This document shows, piece after piece, positions 37,460 through 50,300 of a stretch of DNA of 64,000 nucleotides (positions are counted from its first letter, which is position 1; the number at the start of each line of letters is the position of its first letter). The translations under genes and the position numbers were made by a program. The stretch is taken from assembly GCA_964016885.1 (NCBI GenBank), contig OZ024744.1:129270001-129334000 (forward strand), in the 5' to 3' direction. This stretch comes from Eledone cirrhosa. Taxonomy: Eukaryota. The notes under the pieces were generated by a model. That model saw only the letters and a list, made by a program, of their open reading frames with translations. It had not been told where the DNA came from and did not search any database.

Positions 37460-40400
37460 TTAAGTTGGGGTTATGTTAAGTTGGGGTTAAGTTAAGTTGG
37501 GGTTAAGTTAAGTTGGGGTTCAATTAAGTTGCGGTTAATTTAAGTTGGGGTTAAGTTAAGTTGGGGTTAAGTTAAGTTGGGGTTAAGTTAAGTTGGGGTT
37601 AAATTAAGTTGGGGTTAAATTAAGTTGGGGTTAAGTTAAGTTGGGGTTATGTTAAGTTGGTGTTAAGTTAAGTTGGGGTTAAGTTAAGTTGGGGTTAAGT
37701 TAGGTTGGTGTTAATTTAAGTTGGGGGTAAGTTAAGTTGGGGGTAAGTTAAGTTGGTGTTAAGTTAAGTTGGGGTTAAGTTAAGTTGGGGTTAAGTTAAG
37801 TTGGGGTTAAGTTAGGGTCGAGTTAAGTTGGGGTTAAGTTAAGTTGGGGTTAAGTTAAGTTGGGGTTAATTTAATTTGTGGTTAAGTTAAGTTGGGGTTA
37901 AGTTAAGTTGGGGTTGAGTTAAGCTGGGGTTAAGTTAAGTTGAGATTAAAGTTAAGTAGGGGTTAAATTATGTTGGGGTTAAGTTAAGTTGGGGTTAAGT
38001 TAAGTTGGGGTTAAGTTAAGTTGGGGATAAGTTAAGTTGGGGATAAGTTAAGTTGGGGTTAATTAAGTTGGGGTTAAGTTAAGTTGGGGTTAAGTTAAGT
38101 TGGTTAGTTAAGTTGAGTTTAAGTTAAGTTGGGCTTAATTTAAGTTGGGGTTAAGTTAAGTTGGGGTTAAGTTAAGTTGGGGTTAAGTTAAGTTGGGGTT
38201 AAGTTAAGTTGGGGTTCAGTCAAGTTGGGGTTAAGTTAAGTTGGGGTTAAGTTGGGGTAAAATTAAGTTGGGGTTAAGTTAAGTTGGGGTTAAGTTAAGT
38301 TGGGGTTAAGTTAAGTTGGGGTTAAGTTAAGTTGCGGTTAAGTTAAGTTGAGGTTAAGTTAAGTTGGGGTTAAGTTAAGTTGGGGTTAATTTAAGTTGGG
38401 GCTAAGTTAAGTTGGGGCTAAGTTAAGTTGGGGCTAAGTTAAGTTGGGGTTAAGTTAACTTTGGGTTAAGTTAAGTTGGGTTTGAGTTAAGTTGGGGTTA
38501 ATTAAGTTGGGGTTAAGTTAAGTTGGGGTTAAGTTAAGTTGTGGTTAAGTTAAGTTGGGGTTAAGTTAAGTTGCGGTTAAGTTAAGTTGATGTTAAGTTA
38601 AGTTGGGGTTAAGTTAAGTTGGGGTTAAGTTAAGTTGGGGCTAAGTTAAGTTGGGGTTAAGTTAAGTTGGGGCTAAGTTAAGTTGGGGTTAAGTTAAGGT
38701 GGGGTTAAGTTAAGTTGGGGTCAACTTAAGTTGGGGTTAAGTTATGTTGGGGTTAAGTTAAGTTGGGGTTAAGTTAAGTTGGGGTTACATTAAGTTGGGG
38801 GTAAGTTAAGTTGGTGGTAAGTTAAGTTGGGGGTAAGTTAAGATGGGGTTAAGTTAAGTTGGGGTTAATTTAATTTGGGGTTAAGTTAAGTTAGGGTTAA
38901 GTTAAGTTGGGGTTATGTTAAGTTGGGGTTAAGTTAAGTTGGGGTTAAGTTAAGTTGGGGTTCAATTAAGTTGCGGTTAATTTAAGTTGGGTTTAAGTTA
39001 AGTTGGGGTTAAGTTAAGTTGGGGTTATGTTAAGTTGGTGTTAAGTTAAGTTGGGGATAAGTTAAGTTGGGGTTAAGTTAAGTTGGGGTTAAGTTAGGTT
39101 GGTGTTAAGTTAAGTTGGCGGTAAGTTAAGTTGGGGTTAAGTAAAGTTAGGGCTAAGTTAAGTTGGGGTTAAGTTAAGTTGGGGTTAATTTAAGTTGGGG
39201 TTACATTAAGTTGAGGTTAAGTTAAGTTGGGGTTAAGTTAAGTTGGGTTTAAGTTAAGTTGGGGCTAAGTTAAGTTAGGGCTAAGTTAAGTTGGGGCTGA
39301 GTTAAGTTGGGGTTAATTTAAGTTGGGTTTAAGTTAAGTTGGGGTTAAGTTAAGTTGGGGTTATGTTAAGTTGGTGTTAAGTTAAGTTGGGGTTAAGTTA
39401 AGTTGGGGTTAAGTTAAGTTGGGGTTAAGTTAGGTTGGTGTTAAGTTAAGTTGGCGGTAAGTTAAGTTGGGGGTAAGTTAAGTTGGTGTTAAGTTATGTT
39501 GGGGTTAAGTTAAGTTGGGGTTAAGTTAAGTTGGGTTTAAGTTAAGTTGGGGCTAAGTTAAGTTAGGGCTAAGTTAAGTTGGGGTTAAGTAAAGTTAGGG
39601 CTAAGTTAAGTTGGGGTTAAGTTAAGTTGGGGTTAATTTAAGTTGGGGTTACATTAAGTTGAGGTTAAGTTAAGTTGGGGTTAAGTTAAGTTGGGTTTAA
39701 GTTAAGTTGGGGCTAAGTTAAGTTAAGGCTAAGTTAAGTTGGGGCTGAGTTAAGTTGGGGTTAAGTTAAGTTGGGGTTGAGTTAAGTTGGGGTTAAGTTA
39801 AGTTGGGGTTAAGTTAAGTTGGGGTTAAGTTAAGTTGGGGCTGAGTTAAGTTGGGATTACGTTAAGTTGGGGTTAAGGTAAGTTGGGGTAAAGTTAAGTT
39901 CGGGTTAAGTTAAGTTGGTGTTAAGTTAAGTTGGGGCTGAGTTAAGTTGGGGCTAAGTTAAGTTGGGTCTAAGTTAAGTTGGGGTTAAGTTAAGTTGGGG
40001 TTAAGTTAAGTTGGTGTTAAATTAAGTTGGGGTTAAGTTAAGTTGGTGTTAAGTTAAGTTGGGGTTAAGTTAAGTTGGGGTTAATTAAGTTGGGGTTAAG
40101 TTAAGTTGGGGTTAAGTTAATTGGGGTTAAATTAAGTTAGGGTTGAGTTAAGTTGGGGTTAAGTTAAGGTGGGGTTAAGTTAAGTTGGGGTCAACTTAAG
40201 TTGGGGTTAAGTTAAGTTGGGGTTAAGTTAAGTTGGGGTTAAGTTAAGTTGGGGTTAAGTTAAGTTGGGGTTACGTTAAGTTGGGGGTAAGTTAAGTTGG
40301 TGGTAAGTTAAGATGGGGTTAAGTTAAGTTGGGGTTAATTTAATTTGGGGTTAAGTTAAGTTAGGGTTAAGTTAAGTTGGGGTTATGTTAAGTTGGGGTT

Positions 40401-43400
40401 AAGTTAAGTTGGGGTTAAGTTAAGTTGGGGTTCAATTAAGTTGGGGTTAAGTTAAGTTGGGGGTAAGATAAGTTGGGGTTAGTTAAGTTGGGGTTAAGTT
40501 AAGTTGGGGTTAAGTTAAGTTGGGGTTAAGTTAAGTTGAGGTTAAGTTAAGTTGGGGTTAAGTTAAGTTGGGGTTAAGTTAAGTTGGTGTTAAATTAAGT
40601 TGGGGTTAAGTTAAGTTGGTGTTAAGTTAAGTTGGGGTTAAGTTAAGTTGGGGTTAATTAAGTTGGGGTTAAGTTAAGTTGGGGTTAAGTTAATTGGGGT
40701 TAAATTAAGTTAGGGTTGAGTTAAGTTGGGGTTAAGTTAAGGTGGGGTTAAGTTAAGTTGGGGTCAACTTAAGTTGGGGTTAAGTTAAGTTGGGGTTAAG
40801 TTAAGTTGGGGGTAAGATAAGTTGGGGTTAGTTAAGTTGGGGTTAAGTTAAGTTGGGGTTAAGTTAAGTTGGGGTTAAGTTACGTTGGGGTTAAGTTAAG
40901 TTGGGGTTAAGTTAAGTTGGGGTTAATTTAAGTTGGGGTTAATTTAAGTTGGGGTTAAGTTAAGTTGGGGTTAAGTTAAGTTGGGGTAAAGTTAAGTTGG
41001 GGGTAAGTTAAGTTGGGGTTAAGTTAAGTTGGGGTTAAGTTGGGGTTAAGTTAAGTTAGGGTTAACTTAAGTTGGGGTTGTGTTAAGTGGCGGTTATGTT
41101 AAGTGGTGGTTATGTTAAGTTGGGGTTAAGTTAAATTGGGGTTAAGTTAGGTTGCGGTTAAGTTAAGTTGTGGTTAAGTTAAGTTGGGGTTAAGTTAATT
41201 AGGGTTAAGTTAAGTTGGGGTTAAGTTAAGTTGGGGTTAAGTTAATTTGTTGTTAAGTTAAGTTGGGGTTAAGTTAAGTTGGGGTTAAGTTAAGTTGGGG
41301 ATAAGTTAAGTTGGGGATAAGTTAAGTTGGGGTTAATTAAGTTGGGTTTAAGTTAAGTTGGGGTTAAGTTAAGTTGGGGTTAAGTTAAGTTGGGGTTAAG
41401 TTAAGTTGGTTAGTTAAGTTGAGTTTAAGTTAAGTTGGGGTTAATTTAAGTTGGGGTTAAGTTAAGTTGGGGTTAATTTAAGTTGGGATTAAGTTAAGTT
41501 GGGGTTAAGTTAAGTTGGGGTTCAGTTAAGTTGGGGTTAAGTTAAGTTGGGGTTAAGTTGGGGTAAAATTAAGTTGGGGTTAAGTTAAGTTGGGGTTAAG
41601 TTAAGTTGGGGTTAAGTTAAGTTGCGGTTAAGTTAAGTTGAGGTTAAGTTAAGTTGGAGTTAAGTTAAGTTGGGGTTAAGTTAAGTTGGGGCTAAGTTAA
41701 GTTGGGGCTAAGTTAAGTTGGGGCTAAGTTAAGTTGGGGTTAAGTTAACTTTGGGTTAAGTTAAGTTGGGTTTGAGTTAAGTTGGGGTTAATTAAGTTGG
41801 GGTTAAGTTAAGTTGGGGTTAATTTAAGTTGGGGTTATGTTAAGTTGGGGTTAAGTTAAGTTGGGGTTAAGTTAAGTTGGGGTTCAATTAAGTTGCGGTT
41901 AATTTAAGTTGGGGTTAAGTTAAGTTGGGGTTAAGTTAAGTTGGGGTTAAGTTAAGTTGGGGTTAAATTAAGTTGGGGTTAAATTAAGTTGGGGTTAAGT
42001 TAAGTTGGGGTTATGTTAAGTTGGTGTTAAGTTAAGTTGGGGTTAAGTTAAGTTGGGGTTAAGTTAGGTTGGTGTTAATTTAAGTTGGGGGTAAGTTAAG
42101 TTGGGGGTAAGTTAAGTTGGTGTTAAGTTAAGTTGGGGTTAAGTTAAGTTGGGGTTAAGTTAAGTTGGGGTTAAGTTAGGGTCGAGTTAAGTTGGGGTTA
42201 AGTTAAGTTGGGGTTAAGTTAAGTTGGGGTTAATTTAATTTGTGGTTAAGTTAAGTTGGGGTTAAGTTAAGTTGGGGTTGAGTTAAGCTGGGGTTAAGTT
42301 AAGTTGAGGTTAAAGTTAAGTAGGGGTTAAATTATGTTGGGGTTAAGTTAAGTTGGGGTTAAGTTAAGTTGGGGTTAAGTTAAGTTGGGGATAAGTTAAG
42401 TTGGGGATAAGTTAAGTTGGGGTTAATTAAGTTGGGGTTAAGTTAAGTTGGGGTTAAGTTAAGTTGGTTAGTTAAGTTGAGTTTAAGTTAAGTTGGGCTT
42501 AATTTAAGTTGGGGTTAAGTTAAGTTGGGGTTAAGTTAAGTTGGGGTTAAGTTAAGTTGGGGTTAAGTTAAGTTGGGGTTCAGTCAAGTTGGGGTTAAGT
42601 TAAGTTGGGGTTAAGTTGGGGTAAAATTAAGTTGGGGTTAAGTTAAGTTGGGGTTAAGTTAAGTTGGGGTTAAGTTAAGTTGGGGTTAAGTTAAGTTGCG
42701 GTTAAGTTAAGTTGAGGTTAAGTTAAGTTGGGGTTAAGTTAAGTTGGGGTTAATTTAAGTTGGGGCTAAGTTAAGTTGGGGCTAAGTTAAGTTGGGGCTA
42801 AGTTAAGTTGGGGTTAAGTTAACTTTGGGTTAAGTTAAGTTGGGTTTGAGTTAAGTTGGGGTTAATTAAGTTGGGGTTAAGTTAAGTTGGGGTTAAGTTA
42901 AGTTGTGGTTAAGTTAAGTTGGGGTTAAGTTAAGTTGCGGTTAAGTTAAGTTGATGTTAAGTTAAGTTGGGGTTAAGTTAAGTTGGGGTTAAGTTAAGTT
43001 GGGGCTAAGTTAAGTTGGGGTTAAGTTAAGTTGGGGCTAAGTTAAGTTGGGGTTAAGTTAAGGTGGGGTTAAGTTAAGTTGGGGTCAACTTAAGTTGGGG
43101 TTAAGTTATGTTGGGGTTAAGTTAAGTTGGGGTTAAGTTAAGTTGGGGTTACATTAAGTTGGGGGTAAGTTAAGTTGGTGGTAAGTTAAGTTGGGGGTAA
43201 GTTAAGATGGGGTTAAGTTAAGTTGGGGTTAATTTAATTTGGGGTTAAGTTAAGTTAGGGTTAAGTTAAGTTGGGGTTATGTTAAGTTGGGGTTAAGTTA
43301 AGTTGGGGTTAAGTTAAGTTGGGGTTCAATTAAGTTGCGGTTAATTTAAGTTGGGTTTAAGTTAAGTTGGGGTTAAGTTAAGTTGGGGTTATGTTAAGTT

Positions 43401-46153
43401 GGTGTTAAGTTAAGTTGGGGATAAGTTAAGTTGGGGTTAAGTTAAGTTGGGGTTAAGTTAGGTTGGTGTTAAGTTAAGTTGGCGGTAAGTTAAGTTGGGG
43501 TTAAGTAAAGTTAGGGCTAAGTTAAGTTGGGGTTAAGTTAAGTTGGGGTTAATTTAAGTTGGGGTTACATTAAGTTGAGGTTAAGTTAAGTTGGGGTTAA
43601 GTTAAGTTGGGTTTAAGTTAAGTTGGGGCTAAGTTAAGTTAGGGCTAAGTTAAGTTGGGGCTGAGTTAAGTTGGGGTTAATTTAAGTTGGGTTTAAGTTA
43701 AGTTGGGGTTAAGTTAAGTTGGGGTTATGTTAAGTTGGTGTTAAGTTAAGTTGGGGTTAAGTTAAGTTGGGGTTAAGTTAAGTTGGGGTTAAGTTAGGTT
43801 GGTGTTAAGTTAAGTTGGCGGTAAGTTAAGTTGGGGGTAAGTTAAGTTGGTGTTAAGTTATGTTGGGGTTAAGTTAAGTTGGGGTTAAGTTAAGTTGGGT
43901 TTAAGTAAAGTTGGGGCTAAGTTAAGTTAGGGCTAAGTTAAGTTGGGGTTAAGTAAAGTTAGGGTTAAGTTAAGTTGGGGTTAATTTAAGTTGGGGTTAC
44001 ATTAAGTTGTGGTTAAGTTAAGTTGGGGTTAAGTTAAGTTGGGTTTAAGTTAAGTTGGGGCTAAGTTAAGTTAAGGCTAAGTTAAGTTGGGGCTGAGTTA
44101 AGTTGGGGTTAAGTTAAGTTGGGGTTGAGTTAAGTTGGGGTTAAGTTAAGTTGGGGTTAAGTTAAGTTGGGGTTAAGTTAAGTTGGGGCTGAGTTAAGTT
44201 GGGATTACGTTAAGTTGGGGTTAAGGTAAGTTGGGGTTAAGTTAAGTTCGGGTTAAGTTAAGTTGGTGTTAAGTTAAGTTGGGGCTGAGTTAAGTTGGGG
44301 CTAAGTTAAGTTGGGTCTAAGTTAAGTTGGGGTTAAGTTAAGTTGGGGTTAAGTTAAGTTGGTGTTAAATTAAGTTGGGGTTAAGTTAAGTTGGTGTTAA
44401 GTTAAGTTGGGGTTAAGTTAAGTTGGGGTTAATTAAGTTGGGGTTAAGTTAAGTTGGGGTTAAGTTAATTGGGGTTAAATTAAGTTAGGGTTGAGTTAAG
44501 TTGGGGTTAAGTTAAGGTGGGGTTAAGTTAAGTTGGGGTCAACTTAAGTTGGGGTTAAGTTAAGTTGGGGTTAAGTTAAGCTGGGGTTAAGTTAAGTTGG
44601 GGTTAAGTTAAGTTGGGGTTACGTTAAGTTGGGGGTAAGTTAAGTTGGTGGTAAGTTAAGATGGGGTTAAGTTAAGTTGGGGTTAATTTAATTTGGGGTT
44701 AAGTTAAGTTAGGGTTAAGTTAAGTTGGGGTTATGTTAAGTTGGGGTTAAGTTAAGTTGGGGTTAAGTTAAGTTGGGGTTCAATTAAGTTGGGGTTAAGT
44801 TAAGTTGGGGGTAAGATAAGTTGGGGTTAGTTAAGTTGGGGTTAAGTTAAGTTGGGGTTAAGTTAAGTTGGGGTTAAGTTAAGTTGGGGTTAAGTTAAGT
44901 TGGGGTTAAGTTAAGTTGGGGTTAAGTTAAGTTGGTGTTAAATTAAGTTGGGGTTAAGTTAAGTTGGTGTTAAGTTAAGTTGGGGTTAAGTTAAGTTGGG
45001 GTTAATTAAGTTGGGGTTAAGTTAAGTTGGGGTTAAGTTAATTGGGGTTAAATTAAGTTAGGGTTGAGTTAAGTTGGGGTTAAGTTAAGGTGAGGTTAAG
45101 TTAAGTTGGGGTCAACTTAAGTTGGGGTTAAGTTAAGTTGGGGTTAAGTTAAGTTGGGGGTAAGATAAGTTGGGGTTAGTTAAGTTGGGGTTAAGTTAAG
45201 TTGGGGTTAAGTTAAGTTGGGGTTAAGTTACGTTGGGGTTAAGTTAAGTTGGGGTTAAGTTAAGTTGGGGTTAATTTAAGTTGGGGTTAATTTAAGTTGG
45301 GGTTAAGTTAAGTTGGGGTTAAGTTAAGTTGGGGTAAAGTTAAGTTGGGGGTAAGTTAAGTTGGGGTTAAGTTAAGTTGGGGTTAAGTTGGGGTTAAGTT
45401 AAGTTAGGGTTAACTTAAGTTGGGGTTGTGTTAAGTGGTGGTTATGTTAAGTGGTGGTTATGTTAAGTTGGGGTTAAGTTAAATTGGGGTTAAGTTAGGT
45501 TGCGGTTAAGTTAAGTTGGGGTTAAGTTAAGTTGGGGTTAAGTTAATTAGGGTTAAGTTAAGTTGGGGTTAAGTTAAGTTGGGGTTAAGTTAATTTGTTG
45601 TTAAGTTAAGTTGGGGTTAAGTTAAGTTGGGGTTAAGTTAAGTTGGGGATAAGTTAAGTTGGGGATAAGTTAAGTTGGGGTTAATTAAGTTGGGTTTAAG
45701 TTAAGTTGGGGTTAAGTTAAGTTGGGGTTAAGTTAAGTTGGGGTTAAGTTAAGTTGGTTAGTTAAGTTGAGTTTAAGTTAAGTTGGGGTTAATTTAAGTT
45801 GGGGTTAAGTTAAGTTGGGGTTAATTTAAGTTGGGATTAAGTTAAGTTGGGGTTAAGTTAAGTTGGGGTTCAGTTAAGTTGGGGTTAAGTTAAGTTGGGG
45901 TTAAGTTGGGGTAAAATTAAGTTGGGGTTAAGTTAAGTTGGGGTTAAGTTAAGTTGGGGTTAAGTTAAGTTGCGGTTAAGTTAAGTTGAGGTTAAGTTAA
46001 GTTGGAGTTAAGTTAAGTTGGGGTTAAGTTAAGTTGGGGCTAAGTTAAGTTGGGGTTAAGTTAACTTTGGGTTAAGTTAAGTTGGGTTTGAGTTAAGTTG
46101 GGGTTAATTAAGTTGGGGTTAAGTTAAGTTGGGGTTAATTTAAGTTGGGGTTA
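37460..46153 (+). repeat. Tandem duplication of a ~4.35-kb block (~37460-41823 and ~41824-46153)
   Basis: TTAGGGTCGAG C at 37819/42183 (offset 4364). TTAAGGCT C at 39729/44077 and TTACGTTGGGG C at 40883/45231 (offset 4348, one monomer less). Confidence 0.88.
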
Positions 46154-47341
46154 CATTAAGTTGAGGTTAAGTTAAGTTGGGGTTAAGTTAAGTTGGGTTT
46201 AAGTTAAGTTGGGGCTAAGTTAAGTTAGGGCTAAGTTAAGTTGGCGCTGAGTTAAGTTGGGGTTAAGTTAAGTTGGGGTTGAGTTAAGTTGGGGTTAAGT
46301 TAAGTTGGGGTTAAGTTAAGTTGGGGTTAAGTTAAGTTGGGGCTGAGTTAAGTTGGGATTACGTTAAGTTCGGGTTAAGTTAAGTTGGTGTTAAGTTAAG
46401 TTGGGGCTGAGTTAAGTTGGGGCTAAGTTAAGTTGGGTCTAAGTTAAGTTGGGGTTAAGTTAAGTTGGGGTTAAGTTAAGTTGGTGTTAAATTAAGTTGG
46501 GGTTAAGTTAAGTTGGTGTTAAGTTAAGTTGGGGTTAAGTTAAGTTGGGGTTAATTAAGATGGGGTTAAGTTAAGTTGGGGTTAAGTTAATTGGGGTTAA
46601 ATTAAGTTAGGGTTGAGTTAACTTGGGGTTAAGTTAAGGTGGGGTTAAGTTAAGTTGGGGTCAACTTAAGTTGGGGTTAATTTAAGTTGGGGTTAAGTTA
46701 AGTTGGGGTTAAGTTAAGTTGGGGTTAAGTTAAGTTGGGGTTACGTTAAGTTGGGGGTAAGTTAAGTTGGTGGTAAGTTAAGATGGGGTTAAGTTAAGTT
46801 GGGGTTAATTTAATTTGGGGTTAAGTTAAGTTAGGGTTAAGTTAAGTTGGGGTTATGTTAAGTTGGGGTTAAGTTAAGTTGGGGTTAAGTTAAGTTGGGG
46901 TTCAATTAAGTTGGGGTTAAGTTAAGTTGGGGGTAAGATAAGTTGGGGTTAGTTAAGTTGGGGTTAAGTTAAGTTGGGGTTAAGTTAAGTTGGGGTTAAG
47001 TTAAGTTGGGGTTAAGTTAAGTTGGGGTTAAGTTAAGTTGGGGTTAAGTTAAGTTGGGGTTAAGTTAAGTTGGTGTTAAATTATGTTGGGGTTAAGTTAA
47101 GTTGGTGTTAAGTTAAGTTGGGGTTAAGTTAAGTTGGGGTTAATTAAGTTGGGGTTAAGTTAAGTTGGGGTTAAGTTAATTGGGGTTAAATTAAGTTGGG
47201 GTTGAGTTAAGTTGGGGTTAAGTTAAGGTGGGGTTAAGTTAAGTTGGGGTCAACTTAAGTTGGGGTTAAGTTAAGTTGGGGTTAAGTTAAGTTGGGGGTA
47301 AGATAAGTTGGGGTTAGTTAAGTTGGGGTTAAGTTAAGTTG

Positions 47342-50300
47342 GGGTTAAGTTAAGTTGGGGTTAAGTTAAGTTGGGGTTAAGTTAAGTTGGGGTTAAGTTA
47401 AGTTGGGGTGAATTTAAGTTGGGGTTAATTTAAGTTGGGGTTAAGTTAAGTTGGGGTTAAGTTAAGTTGGGGTAAAGTTAAGTTGGGGGTAAGTTAAGTT
47501 GGGGTTAAGTTAAGTTGGGGTTAAGTTGGGGTTAAGTTAAGTTAGGGTTAACTTAAGTTGGGGTTGTGTTAAGTGGTGGTTATGTTAAGTGGTGGTTATG
47601 TTAAGTTGGGGTTAAGTTAAATTGGGGTTAAGTTAGGTTGCGGTTAAGTTAAGTTGGGGTTAAGTTAAGTTGGGGTTAAGTTAATTAGGGTTAAGTTAAG
47701 TTGGGGTTAAGTTAAGTTGGGGTTAAGTTAATTTGTTGTTAAGTTAAGTTGGGGTTAAGTTAAGTTGGGGTTAAGTTAAGTTGGGGTTAAGTTAAGTTGG
47801 GGTTAAGTTAAGTTGGGGTTAAGTTAAGTTGCGGTTAAGTTAAGTTGATGTTAAGTTAAGTTGGGGTTAAGTTAAGTTGGGGTTAAGTTAAGTTGGGGCT
47901 AAGTTAAGTTGGGGCTAAGTTAAGTTGGGGCTAAGTTAAGTTGGGGTTAAGTTAAGGTGGGGTTAAGTTAAGTTGGGGTCAACTTAAGTTGGGGTTAAGT
48001 TATGTTGGGGTTAAGTTAAGTTGGGGTTAAGTTAAGTTGGGGTTACATTAAGTTGGGGGTAAGTTAAGTTGGTGGTAAGTTAAGTTGGGGGTAAGTTAAG
48101 TTGGGGTTAAGTTAGGTTGGTGTTAATTTAAGTTGGGGGTAAGTTAAGTTGGGGGTAAGTTAAGTTGGTGTTAAGTTAAGTTGGGGTTAAGTTAAGTTGG
48201 GGTTAAGTTAAGTTGGGGTTAAGTTAAGTTGGGGCTGAGTTAAGTTGGGATTACGTTAAGTTCGGGTTAAGTTAAGTTGGTGTTAAGTTAAGTTGGGGCT
48301 GAGTTAAGTTGGGGCTAAGTTAAGTTGGGTCTAAGTTAAGTTGGGGTTAAGTTAAGTTGGGGTTAAGTTAAGTTGGTGTTAAATTAAGTTGGGGTTAAGT
48401 TAAGTTGGTGTTAAGTTAAGTTGGGGTTAAGTTAAGTTGGGGTTAATTAAGATGGGGTTAAGTTAAGTTGGGGTTAAGTTAATTGGGGTTAAATTAAGTT
48501 AGGGTTGAGTTAACTTGGGGTTAAGTTAAGGTGGGGTTAAGTTAAGTTGGGGTCAACTTAAGTTGGGGTTAAGTTAAGTTGGGGTTAAGTTAAGTTGGGG
48601 TTAAGTTAAGTTGGGGTTAAGTTAAGTTGGGGTTACGTTAAGTTGGGGGTAAGTTAAGTTGGTGGTAAGTTAAGATGGGGTTAAGTTAAGTTGGGGTTAA
48701 TTTAATTTGGGGTTAAGTTAAGTTAGGGTTAAGTTAAGTTGGGGTTATGTTAAGTTGGGGTTAAGTTAAGTTGGGGTTAAGTTAAGTTGGGGTTCAATTA
48801 AGTTGGGGTTAAGTTAAGTTGGGGGTAAGATAAGTTGGGGTTAGTTAAGTTGGGGTTAAGTTAAGTTGGGGTTAAGTTAAGTTGGGGTTAAGTTAAGTTG
48901 GGGTTAAATTAAGTTAGGGTTGAGTTAAGTTGGGGTTAAGTTAAGGTGGGGTTAAGTTAAGTTGGGGTCAACTTAAGTTGGGGTTAAGTTAAGTTGGGGT
49001 TAAGTTAAGTTGGGGGTAAGATAAGTTGGGGTTAGTTAAGTTGGGGTTAAGTTAAGTTGGGGTTAAGTTAAGTTGGGGTTAAGTTACGTTGGGGTTAAGT
49101 TAAGTTGGGGTTAAGTTAAGTTGGGGTTAATTTAAGTTGGGGTTAATTTAAGTTGGGGTTAAGTTAAGTTGGGGTTAAGTTAAGTTGGGGTAAAGTTAAG
49201 TTGGGGGTAAGTTAAGTTGGGGTTAAGTTAAGTTGGGGTTAAGTTGGGGTTAAGTTAAGTTAGGGTTAACTTAAGTTGGGGTTGTGTTAAGTGGTGGTTA
49301 TGTTAAGTGGTGGTTATGTTAAGTTGGGGTTAAGTTAAATTGGGGTTAAGTTAGGTTGCGGTTAAGTTAAGTTGGGGTTAAGTTAAGTTGGGGTTAAGTT
49401 AATTAGGGTTAAGTTAAGTTGGGGTTAAGTTAAGTTGGGGTTAAGTTAATTTGTTGTTAAGTTAAGTTGGGGTTAATTTAAGTTGGGGTTAAGTTAAGTT
49501 GGGGATAAGTTAAGTTGGGGATAAGTTAAGTTGGGGTTAATTAAGTTGGGTTTAAGTTAAGTTGGGGTTAAGTTAAGTTGGGGTTAAGTTAAGTTGGGGT
49601 TAAGTTAAGTTGGTTAGTTAAGTTGAGTTTAAGTTAAGTTGGGGTTAATTTAAGTTGGGGTTAAGTTAAGTTGGGGTTAATTTAAGTTGGGATTAATTTA
49701 AGTTGGGGTTAAGTTAAGTTGGGGTTCAGTTAAGTTGGGGTTAAGTTAAGTTGGGGTTAAGTTGGGGTAAAATTAAGTTGGGGTTAAGTTAAGTTGGGGT
49801 TAAGTTAAGTTGGGGTTAAGTTAAGTTGCGGTTAAGTTAAGTTGAGGTTAAGTTAAGTTGGGGTTAAGTTAAGTTGGGGTTAAGTTAAGTTGGGGTTAAG
49901 TTAAGTTGGGGTTAAGTTAAGTTGGGGTGAATTTAAGTTGGGGTTAATTTAAGTTGGGGTTAAGTTAAGTTGGGGTTAAGTTAAGTTGGGGTAAAGTTAA
50001 GTTGGGGGTAAGTTAAGTTGGGGTTAAGTTAAGTTGGGGTTAAGTTGGGGTTAAGTTAAGTTAGGGTTAACTTAAGTTGGGGTTGTGTTAAGTGGTGGTT
50101 ATGTTAAGTGGTGGTTATGTTAAGTTGGGGTTAAGTTAAATTGGGGTTAAGTTAGGTTGCGGTTAAGTTAAGTTGGGGTTAAGTTAAGTTGGGGTTAAGT
50201 TAATTAGGGTTAAGTTAAGTTGGGGTTAAGTTAAGTTGGGGTTAAGTTAATTTGTTGTTAAGTTAAGTTGGGGTTAAGTTAAGTTGGGGTTAAGTTAAGT

